A DNA stretch of 64,000 nucleotides from the human T2T-CHM13v2.0 reference genome, Homo sapiens. Below the pieces are notes generated by a model. The model had not been told where the DNA came from and searched no databases. It saw only the letters and a program-made list of their open reading frames with translations. Positions 42,698 through 57,296 of this stretch are shown here, piece after piece. A program made the translations under genes and the position numbers. Every line of letters starts with the position of its first letter. The first letter of the stretch is position 1. The stretch lies in NCBI RefSeq assembly GCF_009914755.1, contig NC_060932.1, one strand, 5' to 3'.

Positions 42698-43935
42698 GTC
42701 CCTAAGTCATTACTAAGGAGTCAGAAGAGGACTCAGTGTAGTCATGAGCCTTTTTTTTCTGAGGAATAATTTTGCCTCTGTTTATCCTCAAAACTTGGAG
42801 CTTTAAACATTGGGACCTCCATGGATCCATTTACTTGACAATGTTGACTATAATCTTTATAATCTCTATCTTGATGTATAAGTGGTAGAACAGTATTATA
42901 CATCTGTATCTAGGAGGTAGGTGATTTTCTGCAGAGATTGAGCTGGGTTTTTATTAATAAATTGACTTTCAATTTTGTGATTTATGAACTTAAAAGGAAT
43001 AGTTTCCATCTATCTTGTTTGTGCAAAATATAATCTTTGCAATCAACAAAGAAGCCAGCATATTTTAATTCTAAAATTGTTTTAATTATTATCTAATTAT
43101 GTCAACATTATTGGCATTGTGAGCTTGGAGATTTTAGTTCCATAGAGCAAAATACAGTTGATGTTTATTTTTTAATTCCTTTTATTGTTTGTGTTCCAAA
43201 CGGACAAACAAGCAGTAAAATACTGACAAGTTCCTATGCCTGTGTCTGCATTTCTTCAGAAGTCAGGACACTAAATAGAAAAATGTGTTGATAAATAGAA
43301 GGCTTTATTAGTTTAGATGACACTTCTGGATTTCTGTAGGAAAAAAAAACAAACCCATAAATCTGATCATGAAATCTACTACAGTAGTCTATCATTTAGA
43401 AAGTGTTTTGCTAATGGTGGTATCACATGATCCTCTCTTAAAATTCTCCCTCTCCTCTTTTATTCTCTTGAGGATAAACAGGTAGAAATCAAGTTGTAGT
43501 GTGTATAATTATTAATTCCTGAGTGAAAAAAAGATGGGGGCCTGAGAAAGAATGAAAATGCCCTATTCATTCTGCATGTACTGACCCCATCTCTTATGTT
43601 GTTTACATTCTTCTTGCTTTCTGGAGACCATCAGGCCTAACTCCGTTACTTAATATTCAGTCTTCAAAGTTTCCAACAAAACTAATTCAGTGAGTTAGAC
43701 TTCCCTTCCTGGAAACATCTTTGATTATCTTAAAACATTAAAAAAAATTACAGCAATCTATAACTGCATGTACAATGTGATGAGAAGGCTAATGATAGTA
43801 GTGTAATTGTATGTCTCACTCATCCATACAACAAATATTTATTGAGTATATCCCTTATTCCAGGTGCTTTGCTAAGTATTGAGGATACAGAAAAAGAATA
43901 TGTCCTGTTTATTTCTTCTAAAGAACCCTCTATAT

Positions 43936-44156
43936 CAGGAGTCAGCAAGCATTTTCTGTAAAGGACTGGATTGTAAATATTTTACAATATTTACAATATT
44001 CTCTGTTACAAGCACTCAACTTCATCTGTTTAGCACAAAAAGCAGCCTTAGAAAATACATAAATGAACTGATGCGACTGTCTTCCCACAAAATTGTATTT
44101 ACAGAAACAGGTGGTGGACTGCGTTTTGCCCCTGGGCTGTAGTTTGCTGACCCCTG
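43936..44156. mobile_element. MER58A hAT-Charlie MITE
   Basis: TIRs 'caggagtcagcaa' and 'ttgctgacccctg', about 220 bp. Confidence 0.85.
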
Positions 44157-44635
44157 TTTTATATAACGGAGGGACATATAATTTAAGAGTAGTAAAGTGT
44201 TATAATTAATATGCTAGTAATAAGTATAGAGGCATGAAGGAGAAACTGCCAGTTCTCAGGGTAAAATGTGATCTAGAAAAACTTGGTAAGAAAGATGAGT
44301 AGGTTTCTGTGAAGTATACTGGGAAAAGACCAGACAGCCTAATGTTTCCGTTTGGGATGACTGGGCCACAGGATGTAACCACAGTGTTACTATGCCAATC
44401 ATGGAATTTTTAAGCTCCAAGGAACCCTAAAGTTCTTCTAACCTAATTACTCATAAATTCAGTGATCCTTTTATAACATTCCGGAAAGAATTTGTGAAAA
44501 TAAGGTAAAGATCAGTAGCACTGCGTGCTTTGACTTTGTGTATATCAAGTATTCATTAGAACAAAAGCTTTTATAGCAAATAGTTAAATTGCCTATGTTA
44601 GCTCATTTATGTCAAGCAACCACCAGCACCATAAC

Positions 44636-45069
44636 TGTCAGGCCTCTGAGCCCAAGCTAAGCCATCATGTCCCCTGTGACCTGCACGTATACCTCCAGAT
44701 GGCTTGAAGCAAGTGAAGAATCACGAAAGAAGTGAAAAAGGCCGGTTCCTGCCTTAACTGATGACATTCCACCATTGTGATTTGTTTCTGCCCCACCTTA
44801 ACTGAGCGATTAACCTTGTGAAATTCCTTCTCCTTGCTCAGAAGCTCCCCCACTGAGCACCTTGTGACCCCCGCCCCTGCCCGAATGAGAACAACCCCGT
44901 TTGACTATAATTTTCCACTACCCACCCAAATCCTATGAAACAGCCCCACCCCTATCTCCCTTCACTGACTCTCTTTTCAGACTCAGCCCACCGGCACCCA
45001 GGTGATTAAAAAGCTTTATTGCTCACACAAAGCCTGTTTGGTGGTCTCTTCAAACGGACGAGCGTGAAA
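44636..45069 (+). mobile_element. HERV-H solo LTR (LTR7 family, LTR7B-like)
   Basis: Starts tgtcaggcctctgagcccaagctaagccatc and ends ...gcgtgaaa. Perfect 5-bp TSD ATAAC at 44631-44635 and 45070-45074. Confidence 0.95.
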
Positions 45070-45164
45070 ATAACATTCCCACCAATCTTTCTTTTCACTC
45101 TCTACATGCTGTTGTATACCCCGATCTCTCTTCATAGGCTTAGACTTACATGGTCACTCACTTC

Positions 45165-45343
45165 ATAGGAGGTGAAAATTCAGGTTTGTGGAGCCTAAGG
45201 CTTATACCTATGGGGATTTCTTTAAAAAAGTAAAAGTATGAGTACAAATTTGTTAGCTTAGCTTTGGAGACCTTGGAAGGAACCTGTACAGTGAGGAACC
45301 CAGAAGCTTAAAGCTTATCAGCTTTGTGGCAAATTTGCATCTG
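45165..45343. mobile_element. MER53-like hAT MITE
   Basis: 'caggtttgtggagcctaaggcttatac...ccttggaaggaacctgtacagtgagg...aagcttaaagctt...catctg'. Confidence 0.65.
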
Positions 45344-45355
45344 CCTAACAGATAG

Positions 45356-45902
45356 TGTGACGGTTAATATTAAGTGTCAATTTGATTGGATTGAAGGATG
45401 CAAAGTATTGTTTCTTGGTGTGTCTGTGAAGGTGTTGCCGAAGAAGATTAACATTTTAGTCAGTGGACTGGGAGAGGCAGACCCACCCTACATCTGGTTA
45501 GGCACCATCTAGTCAGCTGCCAGCACAGCCAGAATAAAAGCAGGCAGAGGAACATGGAAGGACTAGACTGGCTAAGTCCTCTGATCTCCATCTTTCTCCA
45601 TGCTGGATGCTTCCTGCCATCGGACATCATACTCCAAGTTCTTCAGCTATTGGACTATTGGACCTACACCAGTGGTTTGCCAGCAGCTCTCGGGCCTTTG
45701 GCCACAGTCTGAAGGCTGCACTGTTGGCTTCCCTACTTCTGAGGTTTGGAACTAGGACTGACTTCCCTGCTCTTCAGCTTGAAGACGGCCTATTGTGGGA
45801 CTTCACCTTGTGATCGTGTGAGTCAATACTCCTTAATAAACTCCCTTTCATACATACATCTATCCTGTTAGTCTTGTCCCTCTAGAGAACCCTGACTAAT
45901 CA
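45356..45902 (+). mobile_element. HERV-L solo LTR, MLT2A2-like
   Basis: Starts tgtgacggttaatattaagtgtcaa and ends ctagagaaccctgactaatca, about 547 bp. Perfect TSD GATAG at 45351-45355 and 45903-45907. Confidence 0.92.
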
Positions 45903-45919
45903 GATAGCAATCTAATTTT

Positions 45920-46915
45920 CCAAGTTGGATTGAACCACACATATCTAAAAAGAAACCCATACTCTTTCACCTCAAAATTGGAGCCTATGTTTTCTATATA
46001 GCATTTGAAAAATCTAGGGGATGCTAAGAGTCATCCAACACATCGATCTTTCACTTACACTGACATACCACTAACACCAAGTCCTATAGATTTTATCTCC
46101 CAAATAGTTCAGGTATCTGTCCCCAGCATCTTCACCACTGCCACTTCAAGTCTCTTTATTCATTCCCTGCTCCGGTTTTGCCACTTTCAGCACATCCTTC
46201 TGATCATCGCCAGAATAATCTTTTTAAAATGCAAATCTAATTAGATTACTCCTCTCCCTCAAACATTTCAGTAGCTCTCTGTGGTCTCGTGAAAAATAAT
46301 TAAGGATGTACTAATTCTTCCATGATCCATCTTTTCTGTGCATCCTAATTCTATCTTTCTTCAAGGACTCAAAAGAAGTATTTTTTCTAGCCTCAAAATA
46401 CAATGTCATTCTGTGCTTAAAATTTGTTCAGAATCTCTTCATTCCCTTAGGAAGAAAAAAACCCACAAAAATTTCTTTGCATAGTGTTCAAGAACTTCCA
46501 TGAGCTGGCCTCCCCTGATTTGTTCACCCTCATCTCTCTCCAAGCCTCCAAACATATCATTTCTCTCAGGCTTCCATGACCCACACATACTATTTATGCT
46601 TCCTGACACACCTTCTTCCACTTGTCCACCTGGTTCATGATTACATTCTTCAGGTCTTATCTCATTATTACTCCACATCCCCTGAGTTCTTTGAGGCAAA
46701 GTAAGGTGTGATTCTCTTCTACATTCTGTCTAGGTCTCCAGTAAAACTGTTATTTCATAATACTTACTTACTTTAAAATCTCTCTCTTTTGTTTAATCTA
46801 GATATAAACTCCTTTAGGAGAAATCATAACTTTTAATTTTTAAATTCCCCCTTTCCCTGAACAACATTTCACCCAGAGTAGCAAACAAGACACATTCCTT
46901 AAATGAACGAATGAA
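45920..46915 (+). mobile_element. L2 fragments including 3' end
   Basis: 'gccagaataatctttttaaaatgcaaatctaatt...', terminal 'aaatgaacgaatgaatg'. Confidence 0.55.
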
Positions 46916-47024
46916 TGCATAGATTTGAATACCAAAAAAAGCATACACATATCAACCACTCATAACAGTACAAATTTCTATGCAACAAAAAAAATCCTGG
47001 TTTCTGTACGTTAAAATAATTTTT

Positions 47025-47130
47025 AAAAATTCTATTTCCATGCCTATTGTAATTCACAAGAGCCAAGATATGGAATAGCATAAGTGTGCATTGATGGATA
47101 AATAAATAAATAATATATGTATATATATAC

Positions 47131-47169
<39 letters not shown>

Positions 47170-47662
47170 GAATATTATTCTGCCTTAAAAAAGAAGGAAA
47201 TCCTATTTGTGATAGCCTGGATAAAACTGAAGGGCATTATACTAGATGAAATAAGCCAGGTACAGAAAGACAAATAATGTGTGATCTCAATTATGTGAAA
47301 TCTACGAGTTGAATCATAGAAGCAGAGAGTAGACTTGTGGTTGCCAGGGATCTGGGGGCTGGGGAAACTGGAAGATGGTCAAAGTATACAAAGTTTCACT
47401 TACACAGAATGAATTAAATTCTGGAGCTCTAATGAACATCATGGTGGCTATAGTTAATATTACTATACTGTACACCTGAAATTTGCTAAAAGAGAAGATC
47501 TTACATGTTCTCCCCATAAAAGAAAAGGTTATTAGGTGAGGTGATAGATATGTTAATTAGCTTGATCATGGTAATCAATTTCACTATGTATAGGTATATT
47601 AAAATAGTATATGGCTTAAATATATACAATTTTTATTTTTCAATTATACCTTGATAAACCTG
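47025..47662 (+). mobile_element. L1MA-type 3' fragment containing a (CA)n microsatellite
   Basis: 'ggaatattattctgccttaaaaaagaaggaaatcct', 'aaatttgctaaaagagaagatctta', 'caattataccttgataaa'. Confidence 0.85.
47131..47167. repeat. (CA)n microsatellite
   Basis: About 18 CA units with one interruption, preceded by a TA-rich tract. Confidence 0.95.
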
Positions 47663-48444
47663 GGTGTGCGGTGAGGAGAGCTCCTTGTCATTTCAGTGTG
47701 AGATTTGGCATATATACAGTCCTTCTAAGTCATTTGCAATCTTCCATAATTTGTTCCAGAAGAAGCCAGTGTCACTTGAATGCTGAAGCCTTCATCAAGG
47801 ACGTTCCTTCATTATGTTAGTATTAGTTCAACAGTTAACAGTCTGAAATCAGTGTAACTGGAAAACATTTCACCATCCACTGACATGCAATTTATTTTCT
47901 TTTTATTCTAAGAATGGAGAAGAAAGAAAGGGAAGGATCCAAATACAACTGGCTTGATTAGTCAGGACTTGGGCAGACTTCCTTGTTGATCTTAGTTTCA
48001 AATGTTAAGGTATATTTGGTCTGTCTTATTACTGGAGTAGCCATTGACCCTCACCAGTCCTGTCTCATTGACTTATGAAGATTTGCTTCTTCCAATTTAG
48101 ATGTGTTTCTACATTCTATTATTGTCTTCATCTTTTTACTATAGCCTTTCTTCTTAAAATAAAAATCTTCCCTCACTTTACACTATAATTGGTGCATCCT
48201 TGGCATTTTGTGTGACTGCTGGAATAAGCAGCTGACATTCTGGTTACCTGCATTTCATCAGAAACAATGCAGTGGCATGGCGAGCTCATAAGAAGGAGGG
48301 GAGATAAAGGTCGTGCTTCTCAAAGTGGGATCCTCATCTCAGACATTGGAACCTCTTGGGATGTTCATGGAACATTCAAATTCTTGGACACAACTAAATC
48401 ACAATCTTAATTTACCCACCAATCCAAAAGATTCTTTTCTAAAA

Positions 48445-49398
<954 letters not shown>

Positions 49399-52300
49399 CT
49401 TAAGCAGACAGAAATTTGAGAACATGTGCATCATGATGTCTTTTTAAAGTATAATATTGAGAGTTTTAACATAACTTTTGGCTAAGAAGAATTAAGCAAT
49501 GAACATCATGAAGATGCTTATAAACCTGCAAGCTAGTGAATTTCATTAGATTGTACATGTCTTGAAGGAAAAAAAAAACCTTACATCATCTATACTCAAT
49601 AACATCTAGAAAAATATCTTCAATATCATAGTGCCTCCAAAAATAGACATTGAATTAAATCATATTTTGATTCAGTAATGGCGAAAAGCAGAAAATTCAG
49701 GCAAGGCTCTTACCATTTAGACATTAGATTCTTGTTCTGGTCCTAAAGGCAGTTCCTATAATCAATTAGCATTGTCTAAGAACATAGATATTCCATCAAG
49801 TTCTAGCCCCAAGATTAATTTGCATGTGTAATTTAGACAATTTTATGGTATTTCTGTGCCTCGAGGTTTTCATCTCTCAAATGGGAAGCATATCCTCAGA
49901 AATTCCTATTTCAGGATGTTGCTGTAAATATAAAATATGACATGATACGGAAAAACAGTTTGACAAAATAGACTTTCTTCACGTACATTTTATAATAAAA
50001 TTGGTACAAAAGTATCATTAACTTGTTTTTCTTTTACTCAGTAATATTTAGTTAATTGGATGCTTGTTTAAAATCTATAAATCTTTTTTCCTCATTTAGG
50101 CGCTCAATAATTATCTCCTTAATGAGTAAATCATGTGATGTTCAACCCATTTCCTGTAAAATGTGCAGCCTTTCTAAACTGTTATTTTGAGAATTATTTC
50201 AATTTTAGAAAACACGCTTTTACTTTGTCAGTATGTAGCTAATTTGTTTTATCACGACAGTAGCAACATTTAAAAAAATTATTCACCCCCATTAGGATTA
50301 AATATCAAACTTATGATTTTGTAGTTACTCTATTATGAGTGAATATAGACACTCACCATGTGATAGTTCTTACATTTCAGTTTTTATCTTACATTTTATT
50401 TTTCTATGGGTGTTTACTTATTTTCCTGTTTCCCTTCAGTCTCCTATATTTTTCCCAGGATGAAGCTGGAGATAATCCAATATTATGTCTTGTGTCTGCT
50501 GAGGATCACAGTTTTTTCTGTTTGGAGTCTGGACATTTCCTAACCGCCTTCACATTTCTGATCTATGGGGGATGGAAAAGAGAAGGGAGGAAAGGGATTC
50601 ATGAGAAGGAGGAGGAAGCACAGTATGGCTTTCATGTAGCCCCTAGTCAGGTTCGTTTGTTCATTCAAGGCCCCTGCCTTCTGACCTCATCTCTCACAAT
50701 GAGGAAGGGAGAAAGTTGTTAGAAAATTTCTATTCTTGCCTTTTCCTGGGGAACCTCAGCATTGGAAGGGATGCAATTTGTGCATTGAGCTCTACCCTCA
50801 ATCAGGTCACTGTGGGTAACCTAATAAATAAGAAATGTCACTGGCAATGGAGCTAAGCATCTTACTTGTCACCTGCACTGCACTGAGAGAAAGAAGAAAA
50901 GTTAAGTTTTATATTTGGTGTTATCCAATATATACCCTGCTAAGGAGTTTACGTATTGTTGCCACTCTGTGAAGAGCTGTTGTTACTTCTTCATGGTTAA
51001 AGAGATAACCTGAGCTCAAACTTTAATCAACTTGCCTAAGCTACACAGCTACTAAGAAACACAATTGAAATTAAACTACATCTAAGAACTGAAATTAAAC
51101 TCAGTGTTAAATGATTCAAAATTCATAAATGTATATAAACTTTCCAAAATGGCCCAAGTAAGCCAACTTAGTGAATAAATTGTTAATAGGCACTGACCAA
51201 GAGTCTAGGGGTCTCTCTTACATTTAAAGCTCACATGTGCTGTACAACAGAGCTTGTCAATGTCAGTGGTCTTTGGATTATTGAATATGTTTTCCATTTT
51301 AGGGGAGGTCATGATATTACATCCTGATGCTGTTTTTATATTATATTTAATACTCAAATATTATTAAGCTGTATGTTACTATGCCTAGTGAATACTGCAG
51401 TGTATGTTTATCTAATACCACTGCCCCCAAATCATATTCAATTCACTATACTTCTAGGGGTGAATTCAATTTTAAAACCCTGTGCCAGTGTAGACACTTC
51501 TTTTGTTTCCAGTCTCCTGATCCTCATGCTCGTTGGTCCTAGAGTTAGCAATATATACTTAATGACTAATGGAAAACAAGAATAGGACTGATGACATGGA
51601 AGGGAATATTTTTTCCTATGCATGTTTAAGTCCTACAGAAAGCAATGCAGTACATAGTGTTATATCATTTAGACTGTGTTTAAGGCTGGCCCTTGGAAAA
51701 ATAACAAGAGGATGAAACTTGCCTTTCAGTACCCTAAGCTCCCACTTTCTGAATTCTTTGTACCGTTCTATACCACACATTGTTATTCTTAATGACCATG
51801 CATGTTAACAGCCAAATGAATTAATCTCTAATGGTTGAAGTTCATCGATAAGAGAATGGTGAAGGACACATTAGGGGGCAGGTTCCAAAATCATAGCATG
51901 CTGCTAGGTTTCTATACTATTTATGAGAAAGAGTGGCCCCTGGAATGTGCCTCACACAGCCCTAGAGGTATCATCTCACACTTAATAGAAAGTATATGCT
52001 GAGATACCAGGCAGAAACAGTGAAACAATTCTTTGAAACATGAAACCAGGCTAATAGGATGACTGGTGTTCACATCCAGCAAAGCTAAAGAGACAAAGGC
52101 TCCTCTCATGTTGGTTCTGATTGTTGAGACACTCAGAGTTATCAGTTTATAGTATAAGCTAGCCATGCTATCAAAGATGCAGGAGGAGAAACTCCTACAT
52201 TTTTTTCAAAATTTTCCTCTTCTTACCAAGATAAGAACAGAAATTCTATTAGTTCAAGGTCTTCTATTAATATTCTGGAATAAGCAGGCAGAATTGTGAA

Positions 52301-54264
52301 AGGTTCTATAAACCTTTAAATTGCCATTAGCTAATCAGAATCATTGTTCAGTGATTATTATCTTTTATTAAATGACCACTGAATCAGAATGTTCATACTG
52401 CTTTTCAATTAAAATGTAGAATAGCCAGAAATGACTCAATAGCGTACAGTGCAGCAGCAATATGACCCAGTGAAGCAGCCATTACCCAGAGGTAATTGAC
52501 CACTTAAGAACTTAAGTTAACTTCTTGATGCAGCCAGTTATTTCCCCTAATGTCATTTCTACATCAGGAGAGGCTTTTCCTACAGAAAGAGCACTCATAA
52601 ACAATATACCCTGCAATAGGGCGTTCAAGATAAAAACTGCTCATGATTTTTAAAATTCCATCAAAGCATGATGCTATTTTTTCCCCCTATCATTTGTCAG
52701 GAATTCATACAATATCCTAGAGGAATAGGATAATGAAGGGGACAGCAAAATAAAGCCAACATGGATAGCTCAGAATATGATTGGTAAAGGATTTTCTTTT
52801 AAATTACAACGTATTTATGCACATGCTCAGATACACACAAACCCAACTGTCTCAAAGATCAAAGCAATTGGTGGCAAAATAAATTGTGCATCAATTAGTT
52901 CATGCATAACAGTATGTACTATTTGGCTATTTCTCTCTCCCACTCTCTCTCTCTCACAGAATTGACAGAATTATCCTTTAAATTCATTGTTGTTGTTCTG
53001 TGAAAAGTGGAAAGAGACTAAATATACCAAGAGAGAATGGACTAGCTAGCTACTAAAGAGTTAAGTTTTCCATAAGAAAGAGAAACACAGTTAAATACTA
53101 CATCACAAATTACCATTTTTATGTCACCACCCCACCATGACTTTAGCACTAAGCCTGCTACATCTTCACACTCTCATTAGGATATAATGCATATTCATGG
53201 TCCTGATTATATAGCCACTTTCTTGACTTGTTTTAATTGTGCATAAAGACACTGTGACAGGAGACCTGACCTTTTCAAGATCATTTTCTCTCTATTCCTT
53301 TTCACAAAGCTATTAACTTGTCTCCTTCCCAAAGATTGCAATAATTTATTTCCCATTAATAAAAAAATTCCTGGTGCCATGCAAATTAAAATTTATTCAG
53401 CAAATAGAATTCTTTGGATTATTTTCTAATGGCTTTAAATACTTCTAGCTTAGGAAGAAAAATAATATTAATGGGTACGGGCTGAGTGGATAATTGCATA
53501 CATTGGAGAAAAATGAATATACAACCGATGCTGTAGCTTACCTCACATCAATTACCCAGAAGAGTTTCTTTACTTCTTTTTTCAAAAAATATATTAAATA
53601 ATTTATTTCAGGGGGTATCATTATGGTCTTGAAATTATCCCTATTGTATGAAAAGCTCAGCAACTTATATATATAAACAACACATGTTGGTATAAGTAGA
53701 CCAGACCAAGTTAAAAAAATGTGTGTAGGTGTAAATGAGATTATTTAAGGGGGTCACTTAGCTAAAGTGGCAACTGAATTGCAATATAACGTGAGTAAGG
53801 GCATAAATGAGAGGCAGGGAATTGGATTTCTTTTCTTGCTAAGTGGCACCTGCCTTTCTCTTTGTAATCAAGAGTACCCCATGAGAGAACCAAATTTCCA
53901 GGGGATGTTGCTTTTGGACCTCATTATCCTGAGAGAAGTTAAGCATATCTTCTTTATGCTGTGCATGTTTTTTCTTTTCTTTGCATCTTATGGGAATGTG
54001 ATAAAACTCAGGCATTAAAATATTTATACACAAAATGTTTTAGACCTAAGGTGCTGTGGGTAGTACATAATAATTACTGTCAACCTATTTGCTCCATATA
54101 AAAATAATATCAGTGCTTAAAAGATGACATTTCAACTTCGAGCCATCATAAACATAACTCTTTCTGGTTCTTGCCATACTAATTGTGTTGGACAAGAGGG
54201 ATTAGAAAGCCCAAGGGAACACTGGGAGTTCGACATTTTCCAATGGAAATAAAGCTCTTTTAGT

Positions 54265-54265
<1 letters not shown>

Positions 54266-54301
<36 letters not shown>
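54266..54301. repeat. Poly(T), 36 nt
   Basis: Uninterrupted T run with no adjacent Alu or L1 body. Confidence 0.95.
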
Positions 54302-54702
54302 CACGGTCTGAGAAATTAGAAAAGGAAGGAATGGGTGGGCAGTCTACTTAACCTGCCAACTGGGGCAGTTTCCCCCCCTAAATAGAAGACTTCAATGTCT
54401 GATCCAAGTTAATTTTAACGACTTTTCTTTCATATTCTCTCTCATAATACAAAAGGAAAAAGAAAGGTAGAGGAAGAACTGATCTTTTGAGGCTGCACAG
54501 TTTACAGTGAGATTTTACCCTGATTATTTTGTAGGATCCTCAGGATAATTCTTTGAGCAAGGTAGGATAATTTTTAATGCCCCATTTTGCAGATTAAGAA
54601 ACTGAAAACGCAGGGAAATGAAACTACATGTTTTAAACCAAAATTCTGTGGCCCTCCTAAGTCCCTAACAAATCAGGTCCAATAAGCTAGACTTACTAGC
54701 CC

Positions 54703-54942
54703 CTGTAGCAATGGCTTTTGCCTGGGGCAATATTGCCCTCCAGGGAACATTTTCCAAAGCCTGAAGATATTTTTAGTTGCCACAATTTGCGTATGTTTTG
54801 TAGGGGGAAGGAGTGCAACTGGTATCTAAAGGGTAGAGACCGAGGATGCTGCTAAACAACCTTTGGTGCACAGGACAGCCCTCCCTAACAAAGAATCATT
54901 TGGTCCAACGTGTCAACAGTGCCATTGTTGAATAATTCCTCT
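54703..54942. mobile_element. MER20 hAT-Charlie MITE
   Basis: 'ggggcaatattgccctccagggaacattt...ggatgctgctaaacaacct...gcacaggacagcc...tgtcaacagtgcca'. Confidence 0.85.
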
Positions 54943-55935
54943 CTATAAACGTGGATTTTTTTTTTAAAGTAGGTGGAAACAACAGTCTAAACAATATACT
55001 TTATGGCCATCTGCATTTTTATTTCGATTGGAAAGTGTTGACAATGGCTCTGCAAAGCAATAAAAAGTGGGAGAAAACCAAAGGCAATCAAACAGAACCA
55101 GAAAATAAATGCAAAAACAGCCCTAAAGAGGAAATAAATTCTGGCAGAGAAAAATAAAAATAAAAAAGTGAAAAAGGTAAATGTTTTAAGAATCAAGAAA
55201 AGTCCTAGAACACACAATGTATGAAAAAAAATTTTTTAAATTCATTCCGAAATAAAGACCAAAGATAATGTGAATCACTGACAGCCACAAGAATGGAGAT
55301 ACCTGATGAATTTCCTGAGTAGTCCAGTAACTGGAAGTACTATTAGGTGAATTCATTTGAGAAATGAATAGAAGGATAGGAAAGAAACTCTAGTAAATGC
55401 TCTTTAATGCAAGATACAGTGTCAGCGTTACAGGTGACCAAAGCTTGAGAAATAGAGAGAGAAAAAAAGAGGAACTAACTGGCTTACTAAGAAAGGGAAA
55501 AGTGGAAAGTTAGCTAAAATAGGAGTTTAAACTCAGCACAGAGAGTTCTTGCGGTGGGAGTTGATCTTCCTCAATCTGAAGTATTTATACACTATATATT
55601 GTAGTCAGTTTAGCTAGAGGAGTATAGTTTACCCTGGTCAGTCATTTTAATAAAACAAAGAGCTGCAGAATATTCTGCTGTTTTGAGAAACTCAAAGCAG
55701 TCCCGTGATTTCCAATCTTACTAGGAAATTAAAGTGAACAGAGCTTAATACAACTAAGGTGTGTGTATGTTAAGCAGGACAGACCTAGTTTTGTTGTTAA
55801 GAAAAGCATTCTCAACAAATGGCAGCCTCAGCTATACTTTCATTGCTTCCTAGCCATCTTGTTGAATACCATGAGAAAATGTGAGGAATGGCTAATGAAA
55901 GACCAGAAGCGGAGGAGTCAGAAAACCTGAGAAGA

Positions 55936-56227
55936 GGCTGAGCACCTGTAATCCCAGCACTCTGGGAGGCCGAGGTGGGCAGATCAGTCAAGGTCAGGAG
56001 TTCGAGACCAGCCTGGCCAACATGGTGAAACTGTGTCTACTAAAAATACAAAAATTAGCCTGACGTGGTGGCAGGTGCCTATAGTCCCAGCTACTTGGGA
56101 GGCTGAGGCAGGAGAATCTCTTGAACCCAGAGGCAGAGGTTGCAGTGAGGTGATATCGTGCCATTGCACTCCAGCCTGGGTAACAGAGTGAGACTCCATC
56201 TCATAAAAGAAAAGTAAAGAAAAGAAA
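55936..56227 (+). mobile_element. AluS (Sx/Sz-like) with a small 5' internal deletion
   Basis: 'ggagttcgagaccagcctggccaacatggtg'. TSD agaaaacctgagaaga at 55920-55935 and 56228-56243. Confidence 0.95.
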
Positions 56228-56260
56228 AGAAAACCTGAGAAGAGAATAGAATATGAAGTG

Positions 56261-56672
56261 TGATATAGTTAGGATATTTTACCTCTTCAAAGCTCGTGTT
56301 GAAATTTGATCCCCAGTGTTGGAAGTGACGCCTAGCAGCGGGTGTTTGGGTCACGGGTGTGGATCCCTCAAGAATAACTTAGTGCCATTCTTCTGGGATT
56401 GTGTGAATTCCTGCTCTTAGTTCCCAGGGAATATGGCTATTAGAGAGAGTCTGGCACTCTCTTCTCTCTCTTTTCCTTCTTTCTCACCACATGATCTTGC
56501 CTGTTCCCCTTCCCCTTCTGCCGGGAGTGGAAGCAGCTTGTAGCCCTCACCAGAAGCAGGTGTCAGTTACCTGCTTGTTGTACAACCTGCAGAACTGTGA
56601 GCCAAATAAATATTTCTTTTATAAATCACCCAGCCTCAGGTATTCCTTTATAGCAATGTGAAAAGACAAAGC
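56261..56672. mobile_element. MST (MSTB-like) MaLR solo LTR
   Basis: 'tgatatagttaggata...tgttgaaatttgatccccagtgttgg' through 'cccagcctcaggtattcctttatagcaa'. Confidence 0.85.
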
Positions 56673-57296
56673 CTACCCCTGGCTTTACTGGCTTACGCAT
56701 TGCAAAAAAATCCCAAACTTTTCAAAGATCACTTTCTTATTTGCCAAACTGGGATTTATAACACTATATAGTGTTAAAAATATTTCATAACCAATATAGT
56801 ATGGGTTCTAACCAAACAGAATGGACACAGCTGAAAACAACACAACCAGACCAGCCACCAATTATCAGCCCTGCCTTGCTCACAGAATTCTAAAAATAAT
56901 TAGGTACTTTTATTTGTTCATTTATTCACCTGTGTTATGTTAGGCTCTTGATGCCATACTGTACACTGGGGACAATTTTGAAGATATAGTCCTGCGTTTT
57001 GAGCACCAGCTGAATATCTGGCTAGCTGCAGGTACCTAAAAAAAAACTAAATTTACCACTTTCTCTGAGAAATCAGTTCCTCTTGCTTTGCTTTTCAGAA
57101 TGACACTGTGAACATCTCTCTGTTGCCCAATACTAAAATGGTGAGATCACCCTTACATCTTTCCTCTCAGATCCCATATCTAATTCTTAGCCAATTCCTT
57201 TATTCCCATTCCTTTCTAGGGCCTACAGTGATTTAAACCATTTTGTCTTCTCCCTGGCTTTCTCCAGTAAAGGCCTACTAGCTCTCCCTATAATAT

